Below, in pieces: positions 49,330 through 61,903 of a stretch of 64,000 bases of DNA. Numbering within the stretch: position 1 is the stretch's first letter; the number at the start of each line of letters is the position of its first letter. The notes beneath the pieces are model-generated. The model was not told where the DNA came from. It made no database searches and worked only from the letters and a program-made list of their open reading frames with translations. The stretch is from Basidiobolus meristosporus CBS 931.73. Taxonomy: Eukaryota; Fungi; Basidiobolomycota. The stretch covers positions 17,073-81,072 of the forward strand of contig MCFE01000403.1 of assembly GCA_002104905.1 (NCBI GenBank), in the 5' to 3' direction. The translations under genes were made by a program, and so were the position numbers.

Positions 49330-52300
49330 AGACAAGTTCAGACACTTCCTATATAGATTCTGATGGCATTATATTGGCAGCATTACAGCCTACAGCTAGC
49401 TCTGTGCAATGCTGCCGGACCAATTTCCCAAATGGTACTTCCTTTTCTACCTCCCCTTTCACAACTCATATATTTCACTATAAAATCATCCCTCTTTATT
49501 TGCTTGCACACTACTACCTTGGGTATTCCACATATAGCTCAAATTAAAAAATACTCAGTCCTCCTGCTTACTAACCTCCATAAATGTGCACACCTGCCAC
49601 AATTAAAATACTTCTGTCACAACAACTTTACAGCTTATCAGTGTGATGCTTGCAAAGCTGCCATATACCTTGTGTTGCTGCAAACATATACATCTTGCAA
49701 ACATATGCTTGGTTGCCATCACTTCTGCCGTGAATACCTCCTGAATATCTGCAAAGGACTTCTGGTGTTAAGCCAAGATATTCCTTCTCCCTGCTGGATT
49801 CTGGTCCCCCTTATATGTGCAATCTGGCTCTTGTTTGTGTGAATCCTGTATTTAATGGTTTAGAAACTGGCTTGTGACCAAGAGAAATTCAGCATACCTT
49901 GGTGAAGTTCTCCTAATAAGAATTAGTTGCTTGTTGCACCTAACCCAACTTTTCATTACTTAACTAATTACCCATGCATTGGGGCTGCTTAGCTTCTTAA
50001 TGTCATAGGCATAGGTGTCTCCATGTGCACATCTGTCCTCAGTATTTTCTATCTCTTCCTTGCTGTCTTCCATGTGCAAACTCATCACATCCATGACAAA
50101 CTTGAAGGTGATATTTCTGATGAGATTGGGATATAGTAGTACCTGCAACTTGACTTGTCTTCCTATCACCCCACACATCCGCTCCATAGGAAACTCCCAA
50201 AAGGTGAAGCAAGGTCCAATATTCTCAACACACCAAGCAAGATGGAGTAGCAAATGGATACAGTAGTGGCAAAGATCTACACATTCAGCTTTATGCTTGT
50301 AATATAGCCATTCAAATACCATCACAAACTCTTTGTGCAAAAGCTGTAGATGTGTCAAGTTGGCATTGGTGATATGCTTTTGGATAAATATTCCTACAAT
50401 GTCCAAATATGATTCCCAATACTTCCAATGTTCTCTTGGTAGAAATGGCTTCAGAAGGCCACTTGAATAAATACATATCCAATTTATCCAGTCCTTGCAC
50501 TTGTGTTATTACATAGGCATATCAATGTTGATTGGAGCCCATAAGAAGTACTTATGGTAGAGTATACTCTGTAATATCTTGCCAATTTCTTCAAGTTTCT
50601 CCAGTATCTCAAAGGGCTCATTTAGCTTGAAATGCCCCATGTACCACTTGGTCATCTGTATAGGGATATTGTTGCAAAGCAAATGCATTGCTCCAAGTGG
50701 AAAGCTTTTGCTCCAGCAGATATCCTCCATCTTAAGTATCACCTGCTTTCAATTAATTCCATATTCTGGCAGATGGCTTCTAGATTGCCAACTTTGCTGC
50801 AAATGCATGCTGACTTCTGTACATTCACTCTGTGGAAAGATATTGAACTTGATGTTGGTGTTTGGGTAATATTAACATGTGTGGGTTATGGAGTAGGCCC
50901 CTTGGCTCTCACACATCTGAGAGCACTGCCATCCATTTTGCCCAGAAAAGCCAGCTATCTTCCTGATGACTGGGGTATCTCCAATGTGGATAACAATTTG
51001 CACTTTTACATGACAGCCATTTATTGTTATAGCGCTAGAAAGCATAAAAAATTCATCTAGCAATGGACACATATAGCTAGCCAGGTTGGACAGGTATTTA
51101 GGCCCCAATACCAGTCAGATTGCCATCAGATTTCTGCTTGGATACTGTAAGATAGGTGACAGATTTAGGTTGATGAGAATTAGTTGCTAGCAGGATTTGC
51201 AGGTAGAGTACTTGTCTAATGAGGATTCATCAAGGGCAAAGGCAAAGGCAGGGTTGTACATACCTTCAAAGTAGCCCTTGCTACTTAGCTATTTGTAAGG
51301 TTTGTCATTAAATATATCTGATATGCTTGCACTTGATTGATACTAGGTGCGGTACTTTATAACTTTACAATATTTGTTGGACTGTATGAGCTTCTTCAGG
51401 CATTGTATTACTGGAATATATCCAGAGTGTGCACAATGCTTTCACCCAATGGTTGTGGATTCTTGACAAGTTGGACACCTTCCAATGGTGGCATTTTCTG
51501 ATGTGAATGTTATGCAACTGTTAACACATGCTGGTATTGGGATGGTCTCTGGGCTGTATGTTGCCAGCCACATGACAGTTATCCAGTTACACTATGTAAA
51601 TAGTAAGTTGCATCTCAGGATGATTTTGGCAAGAAGTAGTAGTAAATCCTCAAAGCTCCCATAACTGATATTAGCTGAAACATGCCACTTCTCTAGCCAT
51701 AACATCACATCATTTACCAGTAGATGGATTACTGGGCTATGGATTACTGGGCTCACAATCCATCAGCAAGCCTGCTTCTTCAGAGCTATCACTCTTCATG
51801 CCATATTCAGAGGACTGGGGTGAGCCTAAATGTGTCACAAACTCACCTGACTCAGTTTGCACAATGTGACAAGTACAGCCAGATGCTGATATAGAAGTAT
51901 CATGGGGCCAGCAAGATATTGTTGGTATAGTTGTGACTGGTAATGATCAAATATGACTTGTGTGGTAAAAACTGGCCATGATCCCTGTAATACTTCCTAT
52001 GCTGTCTGCATGCTTCATGACTGAGAGGCTTGTACAATAGCCACATGGTCTTTTTTTCTTCCCTAATGGTCTTGGACCAAAGTAGTCTTGCTCATGGGGC
52101 AAACAGTTTGACACCCTACATATTGCTGTTATATCACTTTTCTGTCAATACTCATGTGCGTTTAAGACAGTCTTGTATTTGAAATATTGCGCCTACATGA
52201 ATGTAGGATTAAATGATGACCTGTCATAGTAAGCATTATGAATAAAGTTGTGGCATCACATACACATGTTTTTGTAGCACCATTTCCCCTCTTGTATGAC

Positions 52301-54450
52301 TTGCTTCCATATATATGCCACCAGAAAATAAAGCAAAGTTGTCTGATTCCCTATCAAACCCCACCACTGACTGCGGCAGAAGAATGGCTGGACAACAGCT
52401 TGATTTGACATTCAATGCAACAAGTGGGGTTACAACCATAAAAGGCCCTGTAGACAGTGTGCCCATTGAAGTAAATAATGTGGACTCCTCCAGCTTCAGT
52501 CAAGTAGGCAATTGGGAATCTCTGTGAAGCTGCAAGCTGACCATAATGCTGACATAATAATATAAAATCCATTACATACACAGGTACATGTAATACAATT
52601 TCTCCTTTGGTTGACTCACTTGCATATATATGCCACCAAAAAATAAAGCAAAGTTGTTAGGTTCTCAACCAAGCCCTACTGCTGACAGCAGCTTGCTTTG
52701 ACATTCAGTGCAACAAGCAGGGCTACATCCAAAAAAGACCATGCAGGCACTGTGGCCACTGAAGTTAATAATGCAACTCCTCAGGCTCTTGGTCAAGTAG
52801 GCAATACAGATTATCTGTGAAGCTGCAAGTTGACCACAATGCTCAGGCAGAGGAGAATGTAGCAAACACAGTATGCTTGGTTGAAGACTCACTAGTAGCC
52901 ATCATAACATCACCACCACCCATATTAGCAAGTATGTCGTCAGCCCATAACAGAGTATTAGTGAGGCAATCAGGTGCCATGGCTGATAGGATAGATGCAA
53001 TGACCCAGAGAAATTAGGAACTAGTCCAAACACAGGATGAGTGCATTACACATTTAGTGCAGTTGATATCCCAAGTCAAGAATGCAGTATTTTTGCTGCA
53101 AAGAAGGAACTCAAGTAGCTCAATGTCACAGCCCAGAATTGAGCCATTTCCCAATGTAACATCAGAGGAACACCATACAGTTTTTGGAGCACAAAAGCAG
53201 TGCCCAAGGATGAAGCGCACAGAAAAACCTATCACAGCCTAAGAGGGAGGTATGGTGATACTTGTACCCAAGTCAAATAATGAAAAGACATTGAAGATCC
53301 ATCAAGCCATTGAGTGCAATGATGCTGAGTGGGCTAGTATTAGAGAGTTGATTAGAAGTTTAGCAGAGCATTGCCTCAAGGTTAGCATACCATGGGACCA
53401 TCATGAGCACAAGGCCAAGCAGAATGAGCATGAACTGTTCCATGAGCATCATCCTGGATTCAGGCTAGCAAATGAATGTTGGGTGAGCATTGGCATGCCA
53501 AGAAAGTGTCTCAGGAATAGCAGAAACTATCAAAGGCAGAAGAACAAGGATGCCACAGCTGAAAACCAATAGCTTCCTCAAGAGCTTGTCACATGCAGGG
53601 CTGAAAGCTCCCAACAAGTGGCAAAGAAACATCAGGTGGCCAAAAGAGTGCCGGTAAGGGACAGGCAGGCAGAAACAGATGCATTGGTGCAGTATTTATC
53701 ATGGAGAAAATGTAGCTCAATACCAGAAGCATTTGGTCACAGTTGCAGTGAAGGACCTGACAGTAACAAAAACCCATGGCTTTCTCAGGAGCCTGCCAAA
53801 AGAAAGGCTGATGGTTTCCAGCAGGTGGCTTGGAAACATCAGATTTCCAGGAGAGTGCTGGCAAGGGACAAGCAGGCAGAAACAGATGCACCAGTGAAAC
53901 ATTCATCAAGAAGAAAACAGAGTACCATGCAAGAAGCACTCAGTCAAAGTGGCAGTGATAAAGGTAAAGGTCAAGAGAAAAAAGCTTACCTAAGCCAGAG
54001 CCAGGGAAGTGTCAGAAAAAGGCTGCAGATCTCACAATTAATGCTGTCAGGCCAGAACAGGCTGAATCCCATAATAGCCAGGAAGAATTATCAACAAGAA
54101 AACTGCTGCTTTCTCACAAGTTTGAAGTGCAGCCAGTTGAGCTACACTCCAGTGAGGTAGATAGTTTGCAGAGAAAAGCAATTTGTCTATTACTGCCTCC
54201 ATGTCCTCCATTGTAGCCAAAGTGGAGATACCATATTATATATTATTACAATGCCTACGGTGGAATTCTGGAACAATCATATGCTTACCAAGAGGTTGCA
54301 ATACTTCTTCAAGAGCAGTGCTCAAGAAAATGTCCTTGAATGCTACAAGTATTTATTGCCAAGACTGGCAGATGAGGTGCTAGACCTTGCAGTGCCAGCT
54401 GAATACCAGGATGTATGGGAACCAGTGAACAAACAGTGGCATAAACTGTA
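49330..54450 (-). mobile_element. CACTA/EnSpm-type element (copy 3): decayed transposase on - strand (~49330-52100), divergent second ORF on + strand (~52315-54450)
   Basis: Motifs IGDTPVIRKIAGFSGQNGWQCSQMC, PLGAMHLL and HLLLHL...GPCFTFWEFPMERMCG are typical of fungal EnSpm/Tnp2-like transposases. Termini were not found. Confidence 0.7.
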
Positions 54451-55653
54451 GGGTTCCTACTAAAGTTATGGAAAAAGGGTGTCACCGCAGAAATACTTAT
54501 TGAATGGTGGATTTTTGTGGAGTTACTTGTTGAGTGTGGGGTTGGGCTTAATGTTGGTGTTGGGTATAGGGACTTGTATAGTTCAATACATATCAAGTAT
54601 TATAAGCCAATCTTATATTGAATATTCTGTTAGCTTAAAGCAACATGTACTATGTGTTTGCCTAATTACTTCCAATATCTCCAAACCCCCCCCCCAATAT
54701 GAGGCATATTGCTTGTTTCAAGAAAGTGAAAATAGTGTCAAGGTGGTGAAATAAGCTACTTGAGCATGTGGATGGTAATGTAATTTGTGCCTATCCTGCA
54801 TAGTACCAAGCTATGAACTTGGTGACAAAGGCTTCTCTGTAGTCATCACTTTTACAATGCTAAGAAGATATGTACTGGAGCTTAATAGAAGAGAGTAAGG
54901 GGTAGTAGAGGGAATCCTCTCATGCTAAGCTGGCATGTTGAAATTAGGTGGGGATGTACAGTGCTGTCCTGTGACTACAACAGAAATATGAAAGAACATA
55001 CAACAAATAGGAAGTAGAAATGCACATGACAGAGGCTACAGTTTGCAGCAGTAAATGCTACAAACCAGATGTACTAGACTCCTGCAATAACCCTGAATAG
55101 TTATTAATAAGGTAATAAATATTTAACAAGAAGCTAAAGTGTACCCAGTACAATAATACTCCATTGCTGGCTGTAAGCTTAGTTTTCAGCCTTAATGACA
55201 AGATGTTTTCAGATCTAATGCTTTCAGAGCCCATAATATTACCTGAAATAATTATGCAACTAGAGAGTGAGGACAACACTTTCAAGGAGTGTGAGGTAGT
55301 AATGATTTGGAAAGCATCTTGTGGACCTTGTTAGTTCCATCTGATCTTCTTACTTACTGATAGCTTAACATTCAGGCAATTCAAATAGATTGTAGGTGTT
55401 TCACCTTATTGGCCCACCCTCGATCACCCAGACATGCAATAAGCAAAAAGATGCAGATATCAAGCGAAAGTTAGCACCAATCGTCATTTATTGAAGGTGC
55501 TATGCTGAATCAATTGGACTCATTTGAATCCAAGATCCGTGGGAGTCATTGGCTTGATTGCAAAAGATCTCAACCGCATACAAGCATTTAGTCAGGTTCG
55601 TGGTTTATAAGTACGAAATCACAGCACTACAACCTCATCGTAACACGGAAGAA

Positions 55654-57167
55654 ATGAGTGAACAAGTAGTACAAGATACTGACGAGATTCTAGAGGATGA
55701 AGATGAGGTACAACCAGCATGTAGGATGTATACGAGAGTGGTATTAACGCGCTTACTAGGAAATGTTCTTCATCGACATTGATGAGCTACAGAAACAGGG
55801 TATTAACGCTGGCGACATTCAAAAGCTGAAGACTTCTGGGCTATGTACTGTTAAAGTAATCCTTCATATACCTTCAGATGTGAAGCGACATTTTTGACCA
55901 GTCAAATACAGTCCATTCAGATGACAACTCGGAGGAACCTTTGTAAAATCAAGGGTTTATCTGAGGCTAAAGTGGATAAAATCAAAGAAGCTGCCAACAA
56001 GATAACAGTTAGTATTGAGTGATCATGGTGTTAAGAAATGATAACTTACTATAGGTGATCAGACATGTGGTTTCATTTCAGCAGCTGAATATCTTATTAA
56101 GCGTCAAATGGTAGTTAAAATTACCACCGGGAGCCAGGAGTTGGATAAGCTAATAGGAGGTAACTGCTAATTACTATTCTAGCAACCTATATTTAATGAG
56201 ATTTCCCATTATTAGGCGGGATTCAAACAATGGCTATCACAGAAGTTTATGGAGAGTTTAGAACCGGGAAAACTCAGCTAGCCCACACGCTATGTGTATC
56301 TTGTCAGTTACCCACAAGCATGGGTGGTGGAAATGGCAAAGTACTAGCGTACTTGATTGATTTTTCCATCAGCGTCTGTTTTACATGATATTCAATAGGC
56401 GGCCTATGTTGATACTGAAGGGACGTTCCGGCCAGATAGGATTCGGGCAATTGCTGAGCGGTTTTCTATCGATCCTGACACTGTACTTGATAACGTGATA
56501 TTTGCACGAGCATACAACTCGGAGCATCAAATGGACCTGATAACCGAATTGACGGCAAGATTTGCTGAAGAAAGAGGAGTATTCCGTGTTCTGGTGAGTT
56601 GTAACTGAAGTCAAGCATATACAATGTCATGATTTACAAATGACTAGATCGTGGACTCGATAATGGCATTGTTCCGAACTGACTATTGTGGAAGAGGGGA
56701 GCTCAGTGAAAGACAACAGAAATTGAACATAATGCTCACTCGATTACTGAAGATCTCTGAGGAGTACAACGTGGCGGTGTTTCTTACTAATCAGGTAATA
56801 GAAACGCTCTCCAGCAAGCTTCAATATATTGATCAGTACTGCTTAGGTTTGTGCAGATCCTGGAGCCATGTCTTTTGCACCAGACAAGAAACCAATAGGA
56901 GGCCACGTACTAGCACATACGTAAACCGCCTTTCCTGCCTCGTTTTTCTTCTTGTAAATAACTGAGCCACTCCTATAGCTCGACAACAATATTAAGTTTA
57001 CGAAAGGGTAGAGGGGAGCAGCGCATTGCAAAAATCGCCGATTCCCCCGATATGCCCGAAGCGGAAGCTGGTAAGAATATATCCAACTTAGAGTGACATT
57101 GTTGCCTAATCTGGCTTGGTTAGCTTACGCTATTACTGATGGTGGCATAACGGACTCAAAAGAGTGA
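55654..57167 (+). CDS. DMC1: Meiotic recombinase DMC1 (10 exons, 9 short GT-AG introns)
   Basis: Spliced translation MSEQ...[52 protein letters not shown]...[16 protein letters not shown]...[11 protein letters not shown]...[11 protein letters not shown]...[11 protein letters not shown]...RKGRGEQR...[12 protein letters not shown]. The N-terminus and ERQQKL are DMC1-type rather than RAD51-type. First intron 55708-55759. Confidence 0.96.
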
Positions 57168-57315
57168 AAATAGAGAAAGCCATATGATTGTCTTGCATTG
57201 TATAAATGTGCCATACCTTATGCTTGGTACTAATATTCTCAGAATAGGTTTGGAACAAAACGATATAATATTGAATAAATTGAAGCATACTTTATTTCAA
57301 GAAATGAAGTCCCTT

Positions 57316-59232
57316 TTATCTGTCGAGAGTGCTTAGATCCAGGAACTCAGCTTGAGCAATTCTATTCGACGCAAGGATTGATCTTGGTTCTGACAGGACG
57401 CTTCCTTTGATCTCTATCAAAATATTCATATTTTCATGAGGTTCATCGTGAGGATTACTTCGGACAGTTAGCATCGAGCCATCTTGTTGGAACTGCCCTC
57501 TACTGACGGAAGTCACATTTCTGTTGTCAGGAACAGCAAATTTGACAACCCAATTACGTGAAATGGGTCGGTTTAGAGTGGTGCGTATCTTCAACAATGC
57601 CATGTAATCCGAGGCTTCAGCATTTTCATTGTGGACGACCTCAACCATGATATCCGTATCCCGTTTTGCATGCGCCCCCTTGATTGAGCGTTGTCTTCGG
57701 TAACTAGAAACACCACACCTCTTGATCATTTTCTTACCTGCCCAATCACAGTATATCCCAGTATTCCCCTTCTCGCATGAGAGCGCTTGATCTGCGCTGC
57801 AGGGTAGCAACAGCCATCGACCTTTCAGATGTTGAGTCAGTAATGTTAACGAGGTAACTGTTTGTTGATCTCTTCCTGACTTACCATTTGAGCATATTGC
57901 ATAATCGTATCCGTTACACCTAGTCTCATGCCCTGAACATGAAGCGCCTTCAACTGGACATTCGGAATTCGATGAGATTGTGGGATGAAAATCCGATTTA
58001 TCGGTACTTGCAGTTGGTAACGCTTTTTGGCTTGATGATTGATCCCTGGCAGCCAATAGATTGTGTGGCGATGCGTGTGGTGTAGCAGATGTACTTGAAG
58101 GCAGCATGGAAGAAGTAGCGGATGGCGCTAATGCCAAAGAACTTGTTTTCGGTGTGCCTGGAGCGCTCGATGCGGGGGCACCAGGCGGCGTCGATGTTGC
58201 AGAGCTTGGAGCAGGGCTTGGGCTAATCTGCGAGCCACATGTCGATCCACTCTGGAGGTTTTTTTTTACACTCGCTGCAAAACTGACTCCACCCTCCATG
58301 TTCATATCGGAGGTTGAGGCATCCCAAGCCATGACGCCCCCGAACGATGAGTATTTCTTCCTTATGTCATTCACGATCTGATTGACTTGGTTGGCTGGGA
58401 TGTATCCTGAGCCAGCAGATGATGGTGAGCCAGGGATACCAAGATACACTTTGACATCCTTATTCACGGATTTGGTGGTTGCCCACGTGTGCCAATCTCC
58501 GAAATTGAAGTTCGAAGGATTGCTTGCTGCGCAATGGTTATTGTAGAATTGAACAAACACCATATCGAACCAAGCTTCGTTCAGTGCTGCTCCCAAGAAC
58601 ATATCTGGAAATGGACATTGGGGAGCACCAGATATGTAGTACTTCTTACTGGAATCTTGCGCATACAGCTCGCGAAGGGTTTTGACAAGAGCACTGTACC
58701 CTCTGCTACTGCCTCCTTCAATGTCGAGATCAATGCCATCCAATTTTGCTGTGCCAAATGGACGCATATCCGAAGAGCCGCCAAGGAGAAGATCCCAGAG
58801 AGTCCGAGCAAATAATGCAGCATCCGCATCCCCTTGGAACCCGTACGAACCGGTGGCCCCACCCAAGGACATGAAGACTTTTTTCCCTTTTGACTGGCAG
58901 TACGCAATATCATTGCCAATGTCGGGACAGTTCACAAGAGCAGTACCAGGAAAAGTAGCGCTTGCGCAATGAAACGATAGATTGATCTGAGGAGGCGTTT
59001 TCGAGCCAGAATTAAAAACGTTCAGAAAACTAAGATTGATCACATCGACGGCATCATCCTCGCAATACCCACGCAAAGGCTTTTCCCACTGAGCTCTATC
59101 AGTGCTAGAGATTCCGAAGGAGTTTTGCCCCCAGTACGCAGCAAAGTTGGAGTCACAGCGTTCGTCAAATGCCAGAGCTAACCCAAACCCAGTTGAGAGA
59201 GCGGTCAAAGAGAGTGGACTCGAGATTTTCAT
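57316..59232 (-). CDS. Secreted GH18 (class III/group B, Cts1-like) chitinase with Ser/Pro linker, Cys-rich chitin-binding module and C-terminal extension
   Basis: Catalytic DGIDLDIE, YWGQN, APQCPFPD, VQFYNN and WD motifs. Signal-peptide-like MKISSP...ALA from ATG 59232 (the ORF track starts at 59256). Probable 63-nt intron at 57822-57884. Confidence 0.93.
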   Translation of the reverse strand: MKISSPLSLTALSTGFGLALAFDERCDSNFAAYWGQNSFGISSTDRAQWEKPLRGYCEDDAVDVINLSFLNVFNSGSKTPPQINLSFHCASATFPGTALVNCPDIGNDIAYCQSKGKKVFMSLGGATGSYGFQGDADAALFARTLWDLLLGGSSDMRPFGTAKLDGIDLDIEGGSSRGYSALVKTLRELYAQDSSKKYYISGAPQCPFPDMFLGAALNEAWFDMVFVQFYNNHCAASNPSNFNFGDWHTWATTKSVNKDVKVYLGIPGSPSSAGSGYIPANQVNQIVNDIRKKYSSFGGVMAWDASTSDMNMEGGVSFAASVKKNLQSGSTCGSQISPSPAPSSATSTPPGAPASSAPGTPKTSSLALAPSATSSMLPSSTSATPHASPHNLLAARDQSSSQKALPTASTDKSDFHPTISSNSECPVEGASCSGHETRCNGYDYAICSNGKSGRDQQTVTSLTLLTQHLKGRWLLLPCSADQALSCEKGNTGIYCDWAGKKMIKRCGVSSYRRQRSIKGAHAKRDTDIMVEVVHNENAEASDYMALLKIRTTLNRPISRNWVVKFAVPDNRNVTSVSRGQFQQDGSMLTVRSNPHDEPHENMNILIEIKGSVLSEPRSILASNRIAQAEFLDLSTLDR

Positions 59233-60118
59233 GATGAGTGAATAATAGTATAGCATGACCCCTCCTCAGCAAATTCGTTTTATACTCAGTTGCTTCTCAG
59301 GTAAAGAAATTAATATACAGTCAGTTGACAACTGATCCGAGCTTCCCAAGCCCTTTTAGTCGACGTTATATTGACTTGACGATATGAAGTTCTCAGTAGA
59401 GAGAATCTACTTCCCATATGGATGGCTTTGCAGGCAATTAATATTGCATCCCATTATTACTATGCTACGCCAGTTCCAAAATCATGAAAATCAAGCCCAA
59501 TAAAGGCGATTCCATTAGTCGTAAGAGCCAAATCCAGCAACTAGATTGAGATTTCCATTTCAGATTGGAAAATCCTCACCCATACTAAACGTTGTTGCTT
59601 GAATGGCTAAATTGGACCGTACCTTACGTTGGTGCTTGAATGGCTAACCTTACTAACCCCAGTATTCATGCATCCACTTCCGAATCTTCCGACGGAATTC
59701 TGTCAACGGATTGTTGGGAAAACAGCACGCCACAGGTACAAACAACCCGACATAGATTAGACGGAATATTGCCAATGAAACGCAACTCGCTGTTGATTCT
59801 CGAATCGCTTGCTTGCTTCAAACTGAGCAGAAACCCTAATGGCTAACCGGAAACAAACCTGCTAGGCTTAAAACGTGGTTTGATGCAACTATTTCATCCC
59901 TTACTTTGGAGCCAACAAACAAGATGCATGGTCGCCAAAACATTGGATTTCCCAACTTATAAGGACAGCTTGGGAGTGTAATAATGACGTTCATCAACAT
60001 CCATTCGATACTTATTTATTCGAGCCGTTTCATCCATTGCTGTAGCAAGCAAGTCCTCCTTTTGCTCTAAACTTCCATACCTTAGGGCGCGTACTTATTA
60101 GAACTTCGTAAGATTAAC

Positions 60119-61572
60119 ATGAGTGGTCTTAGCAAAGGTATGTGTAGAGTTGATGTGAAAGTTGATAGATTGCCATACTGATCATCTCTCAGACGAGAAT
60201 GCCACTGTTGTTAAAGAGATAGAGGACAACATCGTGGCAAGTAAAGAGGGGTTCAACCAAATGGAGTATGATTCCCACGCTGGAGATCATGACAGGAATG
60301 GGTCGAGCTTTGGAGCGTATTTCAACATTGTTTGTGCTATTGCCGGAACAGGAACGCTTCAGCTCCCGTACGCTCTGAGTCAGAGTGGATGGGTTGGAGT
60401 TGGGTTGATTCTTTTGTCTACGGGGATCTCCATCTATACCGGCTCACTACTGATTAAGTGCTTGTATTATGATCGGTACGTTGCCAGCGCTATGACACCT
60501 TACAGCTTCATGCGCTAACTGAGCCCATTTTAGAGTCAGTCGACTATCGGACTATTCTTCCATCGGAAAAGCTGCGTTTGGAAAGCCTGGGATGATATTT
60601 ATTCGAGTGTTCCACTACTCTATTCAAATAGGAAGCGCCATAGTCTACATACTAATCACCGGCTTGAATGCTCATCAGCTTTTCGAGGCGATGGGAGTGG
60701 TGCTGGACCAGAAGGTGTGGGTCCTAATCGCCGGTGTGATCGTCTGGATTCCGTACATCCTGCTTAAAACGCTGAAAGAGGTGGCAATCCTCTCAGTACT
60801 GGGAGTGCTCTCGACACTGGTGCTGGTCTTTGTCGCCGTGAGTGTTAGTCTTATTGATCTGCCCAATAACGTTCAACAAACCCATCAAACCATCAATATC
60901 TCCGGATTTCCGATAGCGTTGGCCTCGATCTGTTTTTCTTTTGGAGGCAACGTAGTCTACCCTCATGTTGAGCAAGTCATGGCCCACCCGAAATCCTGGA
61001 ACAAGGTTCTAAGGGCAGCCATGCTCACTATTTGTGTCTTGTACTTGCTGATTAGTGTGGCAGGATACTACGTCTATGGTGGCTCCACCAAGTCACCAAT
61101 CTACGATAGCCTGCCAGCTGGTCCCGCCACCACTGTAGCTATTATCATGATTACTTTCCATGTCTTGCTGGCATGTCCTATTTACCTCACAAGCTTTGCC
61201 ACAGAGATTGAGGCCATCTTTCGGATTGACTCAACGTATTACAGCAAGTACAAGGAAAGAATCCTGCGATTCGCCCTTCGAACTGGGATATTGGCTGTGC
61301 TTACGGTCATTGCCATGTTCTTGCCATATATCAGCGACTTCATGTCCCTGTTCGGGGCTTTATCCAATACGGTGGTCGTCTTCATCGCACCCATTGTACT
61401 ATACTGGAAACTCTTTGGCTGGAGAAGCATGTCCAAGCTAGAGCTTCTCTGGTGTGGAGTGATTTTGTTGGTCGCTGCAGTTGGCTGCGTCCTCGGTACG
61501 AAAGACGCGATCACCTCGTTGATTGCGCATATTCAATGCGGAAGCGCTTGTGAGACCCATGTCAAGCACTAA
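60119..61572 (+). CDS. AAAP/Aa_trans family amino-acid transporter (AVT-like), 3 exons
   Basis: Introns 60138-60192 and 60476-60533 join the ORF pieces in frame. Motifs AGTGTLQLPYAL and FSFGGNVVYP, with multiple hydrophobic helices. Confidence 0.9.
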
Positions 61573-61903
61573 ATCTAGCTGGATGTCTTTAATATTTAAC
61601 TCGAATTTTGATACCATTAACGATAGAATAAATAGATGTTAATCTACGTATCCAGATCGAATATTACGTCAAAAACCTCGAAGAATTCAGCCGAAATTCG
61701 TTCCCACGGTCAAAGTTTGATGAGGGCAAGTTGTACAATGCGCATTATATGGAAGGAGCAGTGAGAAATTGGTATACATGTGAGAAAACTATGCCTCACA
61801 TTGACCAAAACAGGAGATGAACCAAACCCCAAGATTAGCTTTACCATGCGTTGAAATGATGTGCCTACTTGAAATGGAACCTTTATTATTTTACAACGTT
61901 AGT

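Noticed and set aside
54655-54685. Match to the 3' part of the Copia D LTR (ACTTCCAATATCTCCAA)
   Set aside because: About 17-20 bp only, with no LTR terminus, PBS or TSD.
1-55400. Classical CpA-directed RIP, or TCG-specific RIP, as the cause of decay
   Set aside because: The recurrent differences I could read between sister LTRs are at CpG in GCG, CCG and ACG contexts. Non-CpG transitions occur, but I could not show a CpA bias without a computed spectrum.
56651-56965. 104-aa ORF as a separate gene
   Set aside because: It is DMC1 exon 7 read through into the following intron and an out-of-frame exon.
58061-58972. Several 96-112 aa ORFs overlapping the chitinase (similar short ORFs also overlap both transporters)
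   Set aside because: They are antisense or alternative-frame shadows of genuine coding sequence, with no recognisable motifs.
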